The notes under the pieces were generated by a model. The model was given only the letters and a program-made list of their open reading frames with translations, did no database searches and was not told the origin of the DNA. A DNA stretch of 64,000 nt from Candidatus Eiseniibacteriota bacterium (lineage in GTDB: Bacteria; Eisenbacteria; RBG-16-71-46; SZUA-252), in the NCBI GenBank assembly GCA_963703225.1, contig OY969801.1, positions 2,912,001 to 2,976,000 on the forward strand. The letters are read 5' to 3'. Positions within the stretch are counted from its first letter, which is position 1; each line of letters starts with the position of its first letter. The translations under genes were made by a program, and so were the position numbers. This document shows positions 28,509 through 37,545 of this stretch, in pieces.

Positions 28509-29301
28509 AGAGCACCCGGAAGAGGAAGGAGGCCAACAAGTAATCGACGATCAGGATCAGGATCCCGGAGGCGACGACCGCCCGGGTGGTCGCCTCTCCC
28601 ACCCCCTCGGCGCCCCCTTCGCTTCGCAGTCCGTAGTGGCAGCCCATCGTCGCGATGATCATCCCGAAGAAGAAGGCCTTGATGAGCCCGGACACGACGT
28701 CCTGCACCTTGAAGTAGAGGCGAAGTCCCTCGGTGAACGTGTGGCCGCTGACGTCGAGGGTCAACGTCGCGACCAGGTACCCGCCGAGAATCGCGACGAT
28801 GTCGGCGAAGATGGTGAGCACGGGGAGCATGACGATCGCGGCGAGGAATCGCGGCACCACGAGATAGCGGATCGGGCTGATCCCGAGCGTCTCCATCGCG
28901 TCGATCTGCTCGGTGACGCGCATGGTGCCGAGCTCCGCGGCGATCGCGGCGCTCACGCGGCCGCCCACCACGAGCGCGGTGAGGACCGGCCCCAGCTCGA
29001 TCACCACCGATTTCCCGATGACCGTTCCGAGATAGATCATCGGAACGTAGTCGCGCATCTGATACGAGGCCTGCACGGCGGCGACCGCGCCGGTGAAGAG
29101 CGCGACGATCACCGTCAGCGGCATCGAGCCGAGCCCGATCGCCTGCATCTGGGTGACCGTCAGCCCGATCCTCCTCAGCCCGCCCGGAAGGTCGCGGAGT
29201 ATTTCTCCGAGGAGAATGAAGACCTCCCCGGCGTTCTGGAGCCGCCCGAGGAGGAAGCGCTGGGGCCAGGTGGCGGCGGTTTCGACTTCCGTGTCGGCCA
29301 C
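28501..29301 (-). CDS. mlaE: MlaE-family ABC transporter permease
   Basis: ELGPVLTALVVGGRV, AELGTMRVTEQIDAM, GAEGVGEATT. Confidence 0.92.
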   Translation of the reverse strand: MADTEVETAATWPQRFLLGRLQNAGEVFILLGEILRDLPGGLRRIGLTVTQMQAIGLGSMPLTVIVALFTGAVAAVQASYQMRDYVPMIYLGTVIGKSVVIELGPVLTALVVGGRVSAAIAAELGTMRVTEQIDAMETLGISPIRYLVVPRFLAAIVMLPVLTIFADIVAILGGYLVATLTLDVSGHTFTEGLRLYFKVQDVVSGLIKAFFFGMIIATMGCHYGLRSEGGAEGVGEATTRAVVASGILILIVDYLLASFLFRVLFA

Positions 29302-29307
29302 CGGTGG

Positions 29308-30732
29308 TTAGATCCGGGGCTCCGGGACGTCGCGCAGCGATTCGAAGCGCGTGCACTCGCGGATGAACGCGAGGTCGACGCTTCCGGTGGGACCGTTTCG
29401 CTGCTTGGCGACAATGATCTCAGCCTTGCCGTCCATCTTCGCGGGGTCGCTCTCGTATACCTCCGGGCGGTAGACGAAGAGGACGACGTCGGCGTCCTGC
29501 TCGATGGCTCCCGACTCGCGGAGGTCGGAGAGCATCGGGCGCTTGGTCCCGCCGCGGGTCTCGACCGCGCGGGAGAGCTGGGAGAGGGCGATCACGGGGA
29601 CGTGTAGCTCCTTGGCGAGGGCTTTGAGCGAGCGCGAGATGCTCGATATCTCCTGCTGGCGATTCTCCGCGTCCTGCGGCCCGCGGATCAGCTGGAGGTA
29701 GTCGACGATGATGAGCCCCAGTGGCACCTCGGAAACCAGACGGCGCGCCTTGGCGCGCATCTCGAGAATGCCGATCGCGGCGGTGTCGTCGATGTAGATG
29801 GAAGCTTCGTGGAGCTGCGCCGCCGAATTCTGGAGCCGCTTGTACTCTTCGGCGCTCGCGTAACCGCGCCGGATCTTGTGAATGTCGACCTTGGCCAGCG
29901 AGCAGAGAAGCCGCTGGACCAGCGCCTCGCGCGACATTTCCAGGCTGAAGACCGCGACGGTCTGGCGGTCCTTCGCCTTGGTCCGGACCGCCACGTTTTC
30001 CGCGACGTTCATCGCCAGGGCGGTCTTCCCCATCGACGGACGTCCCGCGATGACGACGAAATCCGACTTCTGGAATCCGGCGGTCATTTCGTCGAGATCG
30101 TAGAAGCCCGACGGCACGCCGGTGACATGGACCTTTCGCTGGCGGTATTCCTCGATGGCCGAGTAGCCCTGGAGTACCAGTTGGCGCATCGGCTGAAACC
30201 CGGTCCGGAGCCGGTCGTCCGAAATGGCGAAGATCGACTGCTCCGCGCGATCGAGGAGCTCGGCGGCATCCTCGCGGCCGTCGTAGGCTTCGCCGACGAT
30301 CCCGGTGCCGACCTCGATGAGCCTTCTCAATGTCGCCTTTTCCCGCACGATCTTGCAGTAGTGCTCGACGTTCCCGGCTGTGGCGACGAATTGATCGAGC
30401 GTGGTCAGGTAGGTCACCCCGCCGACCCCCTCCAGCTCCTTCCGCCGCTTCAGCTCTTCCACCAACGTCACCATGTCGACCGGCTCGCTCCGGTCGAAAA
30501 GCTCGACGATGGCCTTCCAGATCTTCCGGTGCGCCTCGCGGTAGAAGGCTCCGTCCTCGAGCTGCTGGATTGCCATCGCGATCGCGTCGCGGGATAGGAG
30601 CATCGAGCCGAGCACCGAGCGCTCCGCGTCGAGCGCCTGCGGCGGAATGCGGGCGGCGTCGGACTCGCCCACGCCCTCCCCCATCATCGGACGGAGGTCC
30701 GAGGGCTCGCTCCTGCTGCGGGCCGATCTCAT
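29308..30732 (-). CDS. dnaB: Replicative DNA helicase
   Basis: PPQALDAERSVLG, GRPSMGKT, FSLEM, DYLQL, LSDLRESGAIEQDAD, KQRNGP; no intein. Start at ATG 30732 coupled to the udg stop. Confidence 0.97.
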   Translation of the reverse strand: MRSARSRSEPSDLRPMMGEGVGESDAARIPPQALDAERSVLGSMLLSRDAIAMAIQQLEDGAFYREAHRKIWKAIVELFDRSEPVDMVTLVEELKRRKELEGVGGVTYLTTLDQFVATAGNVEHYCKIVREKATLRRLIEVGTGIVGEAYDGREDAAELLDRAEQSIFAISDDRLRTGFQPMRQLVLQGYSAIEEYRQRKVHVTGVPSGFYDLDEMTAGFQKSDFVVIAGRPSMGKTALAMNVAENVAVRTKAKDRQTVAVFSLEMSREALVQRLLCSLAKVDIHKIRRGYASAEEYKRLQNSAAQLHEASIYIDDTAAIGILEMRAKARRLVSEVPLGLIIVDYLQLIRGPQDAENRQQEISSISRSLKALAKELHVPVIALSQLSRAVETRGGTKRPMLSDLRESGAIEQDADVVLFVYRPEVYESDPAKMDGKAEIIVAKQRNGPTGSVDLAFIRECTRFESLRDVPEPRI

Positions 30733-31604
30733 GCCGCGCTCCCTGCGTGGAGCAGATCGCGGACACGCTGGAGGTCCACCCATGCCTCGCGCTTCAGGCC
30801 GGGATTTCGAAGCAGCGCCGCGGGGTGGTAGGTGGGGACGAGCGGGACGCCGCGGAATTCAAACGTGCGGCCCCGCATCGAGGTCATGGAAGCTTTGGTC
30901 CCGAGAAGCGCCTGCATCGCCGAGAGGCCGAGCGCGCAGATGAGCGCCGGTCGGATCAGGGCGATCTGCTGATCGAGGTAGGGGAGGCATCGCTCCACTT
31001 CCTCGGGCTGCGGCGTGCGGTTCTCGGGCGGGCGGCACTTGAGCACGTTGCAGATGTACACCTCTTCGCGCTTCAAGTCGATCGCGGCGAGCATCTTGTT
31101 GAGAAGCTGCCCGGCCCGGCCGACAAACGGGACCCCCTGCGCGTCCTCGTCGCGCCCCGGCGCCTCGCCGACCAGGAGCAAACGGGCGGTCCCGGGGCCG
31201 TCCGCGAAGACCGTCTGGGTCCGCGTCTCGCAGAGCCCGCACTTGCGGCAGGTGGAGACGAGTGTGGCAAGCGACGCGAGATCTTGAGGTAGGTCGGCGC
31301 GAAGACTGAGGCTCGGGACTGTTGAGATAGGCGCTGGCCGTGGCGGGAGCATGTCTTCGAATCCTGGGAGGGTGAGGACTTCGCCGGGAGGCGGCGTCGA
31401 CGACCCAACCTCCGGGACACCGGTCCTCGCCCGCGTCGCCGCGCGGGCTGCGGAGGGTCCCTCCGGTTGGCCCTCGATGCCGCCAGTTGGGGATACCCCC
31501 GCGGCCCCGAATACGAGGCGCGTCCTGCCCCTAGCGCGCTCGCGCTCCAGGAGCACGCGGGCCGACTTCACAATCTCTCCCAGCTCTCCCCGCCCCGTCT
31601 CCAC
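30729..31604 (-). CDS. Family 4 (Fe-S) uracil-DNA glycosylase
   Basis: CRKCGLC, GEAPG, PFVGRAG, KCRPPENR, TYHPAALLRNP; low-complexity N-terminus. Confidence 0.92.
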   Translation of the reverse strand: METGRGELGEIVKSARVLLERERARGRTRLVFGAAGVSPTGGIEGQPEGPSAARAATRARTGVPEVGSSTPPPGEVLTLPGFEDMLPPRPAPISTVPSLSLRADLPQDLASLATLVSTCRKCGLCETRTQTVFADGPGTARLLLVGEAPGRDEDAQGVPFVGRAGQLLNKMLAAIDLKREEVYICNVLKCRPPENRTPQPEEVERCLPYLDQQIALIRPALICALGLSAMQALLGTKASMTSMRGRTFEFRGVPLVPTYHPAALLRNPGLKREAWVDLQRVRDLLHAGSAA

Positions 31605-31614
31605 CGGTCTACCC

Positions 31615-32979
31615 TCAGTGCTTGTCGAGAGCCTTCGCCACTCGGAGCAGGATCGCGCGGGCCACGTCCCTCTTGGGGCGAAGCCCGAGCGATTCCACTT
31701 TGCCTTTGGAATCCACGAGCGTCACGTTGTTCTGGTCCGAGCCGAAGCCAGAGCCCGGCTTGAGCGGGTTGTTGACCGCGATCAGGTCGAGCCCTTTCTT
31801 CTTCCGCTTCTCGGTCCCTCGGCGGACTTCGTCCTCCGTTTCGAGGGCGAACCCGACGAGGTGTTTCTTGGGAAAGCGCTCGCGGACCAGCGCGAGGATG
31901 TCGGGCGTGGCCCGAAGCTCCAAGGTCATCCCCGCAGTTCCCCGGGGGATCTTCTTGCCGCTCCGCTTCGCCGGCGTGAAGTCGCTCACGGCCGCGGCCA
32001 TGATGAGCGCGTCGGCGTCCTTCATCGCCCGCAGCACCTGCTCCGACATCGCGTCGGCCGTCGGCGCCTCGGACCTCTCGACCCCCATCGGGGGAGGCAC
32101 CGACGTTCGCGCCGTGATGAGCCGGACATGCGCGCCCAAATCCCGGGCCGTCTCCGCCAATGCAAATCCCATCTTCCCGCTGGATCGATTGGTAATCACT
32201 CGAACGGGGTCGATTGCCTCTTCGGTTCCGCCCGCCGTGATTACGATGGTGCGCCCGCGCAACGGCAGCCCATTCGTAGAGGGCGGCGAAAACGAACCAG
32301 AGGGACCGTCCGCAGCTCGCGCTCCGCGCGAGCGAGGACCCGTGTCCCGTAGGTTCGATTTCGCCGCCCCCTTCGCGTCGCTTGTCGCTGCGAGGACGGA
32401 AGCGCACGCAGCCACGATCGCATCGATGGTGGCCATGCGTCCGAGCCCGAACTCGCCATCCGCGAGCTCCCCTTCTTCCGGACCGACAAACAGGACGCCG
32501 CGTCCGAGCAGGGTCGCCACGTTCGCCCGCACCGCGGCGTGCTCCCACATGGCGACGTTCATCGCCGGGGCCAGAAGCACGGGTGACCGGGTCGCCAGAA
32601 GGGCGGTGGAGAGGAGATCGTCGGCAAGCCCGTGGGCCAGCTTGCCGATCATGTTCGCGGTGGCGGGGGCGACAAGCACGAGGTCGGCTTCGCGGGCCAT
32701 GCCGATGTGCGCCATGCCCAGCGCCGACGGCGGAGCGCCGGTAAACCAGGGACCCGTCCCGAGCGCCGCGGGCTCGAAGAGGCCGGTGAGAACCGGTCCG
32801 TGGGTCACCGATCGAAGTGCGTCCCTGGTCACGAATCGGCGGGCGCTCTTCGTGAGAATCACGGAAACGTGCGCCTTCTCCCTCCCGAGCGCCCGGACCA
32901 GCTCGGGCGTCTTGTACGCCGCGACTCCCCCGGTGATGCCCAGGAGCACGCGCGCGCCGGTGAGAGATCGCGCCTTCAT
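31615..32979 (-). CDS. coaBC: Phosphopantothenoylcysteine decarboxylase / phosphopantothenate-cysteine ligase
   Basis: GITGGVAAYK, APATAN, PAMN, TAGGTEEAIDPVR, NRSSGKMG, AAAVSDF, VGFALET. Confidence 0.95.
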   Translation of the reverse strand: MKARSLTGARVLLGITGGVAAYKTPELVRALGREKAHVSVILTKSARRFVTRDALRSVTHGPVLTGLFEPAALGTGPWFTGAPPSALGMAHIGMAREADLVLVAPATANMIGKLAHGLADDLLSTALLATRSPVLLAPAMNVAMWEHAAVRANVATLLGRGVLFVGPEEGELADGEFGLGRMATIDAIVAACASVLAATSDAKGAAKSNLRDTGPRSRGARAADGPSGSFSPPSTNGLPLRGRTIVITAGGTEEAIDPVRVITNRSSGKMGFALAETARDLGAHVRLITARTSVPPPMGVERSEAPTADAMSEQVLRAMKDADALIMAAAVSDFTPAKRSGKKIPRGTAGMTLELRATPDILALVRERFPKKHLVGFALETEDEVRRGTEKRKKKGLDLIAVNNPLKPGSGFGSDQNNVTLVDSKGKVESLGLRPKRDVARAILLRVAKALDKH

Positions 32980-32985
32980 CTCAAG

Positions 32986-33225
32986 CTATTCCTCCGCCTC
33001 CGCCGAGGCCGGCACCACCGGCTCGTCGAGGCCGACCTCATAGCGATAGAGAACCTCTCCCTTCAACGCCTCCTCCAGGGCGATATTGGTGACCTTGCCG
33101 CCCAGATTCAGCCCGGTCTGGCGGGAGAGCTCATTCAAACGCCGGGCTTCCTTGGCCGCGACGATGATCAGCTCGTACTTGTTGGGGATGTTGCTCGACC
33201 GAAGCACCTCCGCCTTTTCGTCCAA
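32986..33225 (-). CDS. rpoZ: RNA polymerase omega subunit
   Basis: NKYELIIVAAKEARRL...KVTNIALEE; gmk-rpoZ-coaBC synteny. Confidence 0.88.
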   Translation of the reverse strand: MDEKAEVLRSSNIPNKYELIIVAAKEARRLNELSRQTGLNLGGKVTNIALEEALKGEVLYRYEVGLDEPVVPASAEAEE

Positions 33226-33237
33226 GATCGTTCCTCC

Positions 33238-33840
33238 TTACCGGTTTTTCTGCGATTGCCGCGACGTCCTGCAGGCCTCCGCCTCGATGATGGCGGCCAC
33301 CTTGCGCGTCGCGTCCTCCAAGTCCTCGTTCACGATCGCGTAGTCGTACTCCTTCTGCAGCTCGATCTCGCGCTTCGCGTTCTCCAGCCGCACCCGGATG
33401 CGATCCTCGCCGTCCGTTCCTCGCGATCGGAGCCGTTCCTCCAGATGCTGAAGCGACGGCGGCAACACGAAGATGAAGACCGCGTCCGGATAGATCCGCC
33501 GCACCGACCGCCCGCCTTGGACGTCGATGTCGAGAAGCACGTTCTGCCCGGAGCCCAGGATCCGCTCCGTCTCCCGTCGAAGCGTGCCGTACCACTCGCC
33601 GTGGACTTCGGCCCACTCGACGAACTCGCCCGCCTTGACGCGGCGCTCGAACTCATCCCGTGAGATGAAGAAGTAGTCTCGCCCCTCTGTCTCGTGGGCC
33701 CGACGCGCCCGCGTGGTCGCCGACACCGAGTAGGCCAGCTCCGTCGGATAGCGCCGGAGCAGCTCCTTCACGAACGAGCTCTTTCCCGCGCCCGATGGAC
33801 CCGAGATCACGACGACGAATCGCCGGTACTCGGTGCCGAT
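33238..33840 (-). CDS. gmk: Guanylate kinase (start codon uncertain)
   Basis: ISGPSGAGKS, SVSATTR, EWAEVHGEWYGT, LDIDVQG, FVLPPS. Confidence 0.95.
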   Translation of the reverse strand: MGTEYRRFVVVISGPSGAGKSSFVKELLRRYPTELAYSVSATTRARRAHETEGRDYFFISRDEFERRVKAGEFVEWAEVHGEWYGTLRRETERILGSGQNVLLDIDVQGGRSVRRIYPDAVFIFVLPPSLQHLEERLRSRGTDGEDRIRVRLENAKREIELQKEYDYAIVNEDLEDATRKVAAIIEAEACRTSRQSQKNR

Positions 33841-33850
33841 CCGCCCCGGA

Positions 33851-34741
33851 TCACTCGATGTTCTGGACTTGCTCGCGGATCCGCTCAAGTTCCTCTTTGA
33901 CTTCGACGACCTGCTCCACAATCGAAACGTCGGCCGACTTGGACCCGATCGTATTGATCTCGCGGTTCATCTCTTGAAGCAGGAAATTCAGCTTCCTCCC
34001 CGGCGCCGACTCTTCCCCGAGGAGCTTGGCGAAGTGGTCGCAATGCGCCTCCAGGCGCACGCACTCCTCGGTGGAGTCCAGCCGGTCCGAGAGGAGCGCG
34101 ATCTCCTGCGCGAGCCGCTCCTCCGGAAGATCCTTGTCTTCCATGAGCACTCGCACCCGCTCGCGGAGCTTCTCCGCGGTTTCCCTCACCTTGAGCGGCG
34201 CGCGCTCCCGGATCTTGGCGACTCGGCTCCGGATTCCATCGACCCGCGTCTCGAGATCGCGGCGCAGCGCCGCGCCCTCGGTCTCCTTCATTTTGATCAT
34301 GTCGTCGGTGGCCTTGCCGACCACCTGCCGGAGAAGCCCGAGGTAGTACTCCGGATCTTTCCCTTCTCCGCCCCAGACGAACACGCTCGGCAGCGACGCG
34401 AACGTGTTGAGATCGACGTCGCCGCTCAATTTGTACTTCCGTTTCACCGCCTGGAGGAGCTCGATGTAGCGGTCCGCGGTCCGCTCGTCCAGCGTGAGGG
34501 TCCCGAGCGGCTCCTTCCCCTCGTCGCCGTTCTCACCCCAGGTCACGACGAGCGTGATTTTCCCACGGCTCGTCCGGTCCTGGATGATCTTCCGGGCTTC
34601 GGCCTCATAGGCCGCGAGAGCCCGGGGCAAACGGGCCGAAAGCTCGCAAAACCGGTGGTTTACGGATCGGACTTCGGCCGCGAGGCGGAGGCCGTCGATC
34701 GTGGCCTCCCCCCGGCCGTAACCCGTCATGCTTCGGACCAT
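33851..34741 (-). CDS. yicC: YicC/YloC family endoribonuclease
   Basis: RSMTGYGR, EVRSVNHR, GRKLNFLLQEMNREINTIGSK, REQVQNIE. Confidence 0.95.
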   Translation of the reverse strand: MVRSMTGYGRGEATIDGLRLAAEVRSVNHRFCELSARLPRALAAYEAEARKIIQDRTSRGKITLVVTWGENGDEGKEPLGTLTLDERTADRYIELLQAVKRKYKLSGDVDLNTFASLPSVFVWGGEGKDPEYYLGLLRQVVGKATDDMIKMKETEGAALRRDLETRVDGIRSRVAKIRERAPLKVRETAEKLRERVRVLMEDKDLPEERLAQEIALLSDRLDSTEECVRLEAHCDHFAKLLGEESAPGRKLNFLLQEMNREINTIGSKSADVSIVEQVVEVKEELERIREQVQNIE

Positions 34742-34776
34742 GATTGGCTTCGGATGCTCCCTGGGGGTGAACTCGT

Positions 34777-34805
34777 ACTTTACCCCGCCCTGGGCGGGGC
34801 GTCAA
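34777..34805 (-). promoter_or_regulatory. Sigma70-type promoter of the yicC-gmk operon with a perfectly palindromic spacer
   Basis: TTGACG-CCCCGCCC-A-GGGCGGGG-TAAAGT (17-bp spacer is an 8-1-8 inverted repeat). Confidence 0.65.
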
Positions 34806-34847
34806 CGCGGGTGGGCCGGAAATCGCACACGGACGGTCGAGGCGGCG

Positions 34848-37400
34848 CTAACCCTCGAGAATTGAAGCAGAAAAGATTTTTCTGCGACCCATCAGGGCGC
34901 GGAAGCCCCAGGCGGCGATCAGGAGCAGCAGGGCAGCGATGACCGTCGTTCGCCACGCGTACCACCGGGTGAAATCGAGCGTCAGAGGTGCGCTGGCGGA
35001 CAATAGACCTTGCACCACGTTGCAGATGATCGCCGCGATGATCCCCGCTCGCAGCGCGAGCACGAGCACCGCGGACGAGGCCACGATGCCGGCCCACTGG
35101 GCCACCGTGACGTGCCCCGAGGGGAAGCTCATCAGCAGGTAGAGCAGACCGAGGCCCACCCACGCCGCGCCGTCGCGCCGGGCGATAATCCGCAGGCTGA
35201 GGAGCAGCGCGAACGAGCCGAGCCCGAAGAGCAGGGAGATGCCGATGTCTATGAAGATCAAGCCCCAGAAGTCGGTGGCCCGGCCGAGAGGCAACGTCGC
35301 AAGCAGCAGTTCCACGTCACGGCGTCGCTCGAGGACGGCCGGGATGCAGCCGCAGAGGACGGCCCCCGCGCCCGCAAGCAAACCATAGAGGACTTCCTGC
35401 CCCACTCGGGGATCCGTGAAACGTCCCTCGAGGAGGCGGGTCCAGCCGATCAGGCGGTGGGGCCACCGGCGGCGGACAAACGGCTCGACCCCGAGATAGA
35501 AAAGCCAGGCCGCGAGCCCCTGGAAATACGGCTGGTGAAGCAACCAGCGCCAAACATGGAACGAGTCGAAGGTCCATCGTTGAAAGAGCGACTGCCCGAG
35601 CGCGACACTCAGGAACACGATCACACCCACCCGGACTGCGCCCCGCGCGTCGCTGCGGCCCAGACGCAGGTTGTGCCGGGCCAGGACCCCACCAACGGCG
35701 ATCGCCGCGACGACGAACCCGACGAAGAAGGCGAATGCCTGGTCACCGCGGAATGGCACGGGTTCGTCCCGTTCCGCTTGATTCCACGGGGCGATCGTCC
35801 GAAGCCAGACGGGCTTCCCTCTCCACGCGGCGGCCTCGAGCCGAACTTGCACTTGTCCGTCGCTCGCGATCCACGCGGCCCTCGTGTCGCAGGGGATGTC
35901 GGGGGTCCAAAGCGGCTCGACCGCACGGAGGCCGTGGGCATCGTATCCGGTAAGGGTGAGGAGCGAGGTCCAATCGGTCGGTGCCGCGCGACCCGAATCG
36001 GGCGGCGCGATCTGTCGATCGACCCGAGAAAACCCCAGGAGCCGCCCCTGGGGATCCATCGAGACGTACGCGTCTCCGCTCCAGTAAAGGGGCGGATCGA
36101 GGCGGGTGATAGACCCCCTCACATTCGGGACGATCGGTCTGGGGCTCTGCCGGAAATTGAACCGGAGCGCGGACGGCCGCGCGGCCGCCACCGAGGGGGT
36201 TCGACCGCGATTCAAAGACCAGACCGCGAACCCCTCGTCGAGGTCGACCCACAACTCGCTCGAGTGCGCCGGCACGTCGTCGCCGAGCTGCCGCGCCACG
36301 TCACGCGCCCGCTCGCGCAGAGCATCCGGACCGCGCGGCATCGCCACCTGGTCCAAACCGCTCAGGCCGGCCATGAAATAGACTGCGGAGGCCGCCACGA
36401 GTAACGCGAGGCCGAAGAGTCCCCAGGCCATCGCCGGCGAGGGCAGTACTTCCTCCGCCCCGGCGGCCACCATCTCGGGAGAGGGCGTCTCGCCCGCGCG
36501 GAGCGCTTCGGCCAGAGGGTCGCCGCCGGGAAGCAGCGCGAGAAGGTCCACGGCCGAACTCGGGCGTCGGGCGGGATCGCTTTCGAGACACTTGAGAATG
36601 GCCGCATCGATCGCGGGGTCGAGTCCCGGAACGGCACTCGAGGCACGCGAGGGGGGTCCACCCGCGCTCGGGCCGGAATCGGGCTTTGCCGTTCCGTCGA
36701 ACGGTCTCTTGCCGGTGAACATCTCGTAGAGCACGAGGCCCAGCGCGTAGACGTCGGTCCGCGGGGTGATGACCCCGCCGGCCAATTGTTCTGGGGCCAT
36801 ATACGCGGGTGTTCCCGACTTCGCCTCTTTACCCCGAACGGCCTCGGCTGCCGCCGCGAGCCCAAAGTCCGTGATCCGCGCGCGGCCTCTGCCGTCGAGC
36901 ATGATGTTGGCCGGCTTCAGATCCCGATGGACGATTCCGTCGGCGTGCGCGGCGGCCAGCCCGGCGCCGATCTGCCGCGCGAGGTCGAGGGCCTTTTCTT
37001 GCGGGAGGCGGCCGATTCGGCGCAAGAGCAACGCCAGATCCTCGCCGTCCACGTATTCCATCGTGATGAAGTGGTGTCCTTCGAATTCACCCACGTCGTA
37101 GACGCGGCAGACATTGGGATGGGAGACCTGGCGGGCGATCCGCACCTCGCCCATGAGCCGATTCAGCCGCTCCGGGTCCCGCTCCACGTCCGAAGGCAGG
37201 AATTTGAGCGCGACCGTCTGGCCGACCTTGAGGTCGTCGGCGCGGTAGACCTCGCCCATCCCACCCCGGCCCGCGAGGGCGACGATCCGGTATCGATCGC
37301 CGAGCACGGTGCCAGGGAGGAAGCGCCCATGCTCCGCGGAGAGCGCGAGCGTCTTCACGCTTTCCACCGTCGGGAGTGGATCGGCTGGATCCGTCGGCAT
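34848..37400 (-). CDS. Hanks-type Ser/Thr protein kinase with extracytoplasmic domain and multi-TM C-terminus
   Basis: GRGGMGEVY, VALKFL, HRDLKPAN, DFGLA, GTPAYMAPE, DVYALG; TM helix, soluble loop, then many hydrophobic helices. ATG at 37400. Confidence 0.9.
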   Translation of the reverse strand: MPTDPADPLPTVESVKTLALSAEHGRFLPGTVLGDRYRIVALAGRGGMGEVYRADDLKVGQTVALKFLPSDVERDPERLNRLMGEVRIARQVSHPNVCRVYDVGEFEGHHFITMEYVDGEDLALLLRRIGRLPQEKALDLARQIGAGLAAAHADGIVHRDLKPANIMLDGRGRARITDFGLAAAAEAVRGKEAKSGTPAYMAPEQLAGGVITPRTDVYALGLVLYEMFTGKRPFDGTAKPDSGPSAGGPPSRASSAVPGLDPAIDAAILKCLESDPARRPSSAVDLLALLPGGDPLAEALRAGETPSPEMVAAGAEEVLPSPAMAWGLFGLALLVAASAVYFMAGLSGLDQVAMPRGPDALRERARDVARQLGDDVPAHSSELWVDLDEGFAVWSLNRGRTPSVAAARPSALRFNFRQSPRPIVPNVRGSITRLDPPLYWSGDAYVSMDPQGRLLGFSRVDRQIAPPDSGRAAPTDWTSLLTLTGYDAHGLRAVEPLWTPDIPCDTRAAWIASDGQVQVRLEAAAWRGKPVWLRTIAPWNQAERDEPVPFRGDQAFAFFVGFVVAAIAVGGVLARHNLRLGRSDARGAVRVGVIVFLSVALGQSLFQRWTFDSFHVWRWLLHQPYFQGLAAWLFYLGVEPFVRRRWPHRLIGWTRLLEGRFTDPRVGQEVLYGLLAGAGAVLCGCIPAVLERRRDVELLLATLPLGRATDFWGLIFIDIGISLLFGLGSFALLLSLRIIARRDGAAWVGLGLLYLLMSFPSGHVTVAQWAGIVASSAVLVLALRAGIIAAIICNVVQGLLSASAPLTLDFTRWYAWRTTVIAALLLLIAAWGFRALMGRRKIFSASILEG

Positions 37401-37509
37401 CGTCTCTCCGGGCGCCCGCGCTGCGGATGGGCAGAGGTCACGTTGCTCGCGGAGAACAGAATGGCTGAAAGAGTGATTTCTGGCTAGTCCATGCATTCCC
37501 CGAAAGAGA

Positions 37510-37539
37510 TTGACCGCCGCGCGGCGCGCTCCCTAACGT
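37510..37539 (+). promoter_or_regulatory. Sigma70-type promoter, probably leaderless, for the TMTC-like gene
   Basis: TTGACC-18 bp-TAACGT ending 6 nt before ATG 37546; no SD sequence. Confidence 0.55.
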
Positions 37540-37545
37540 CCGCTC

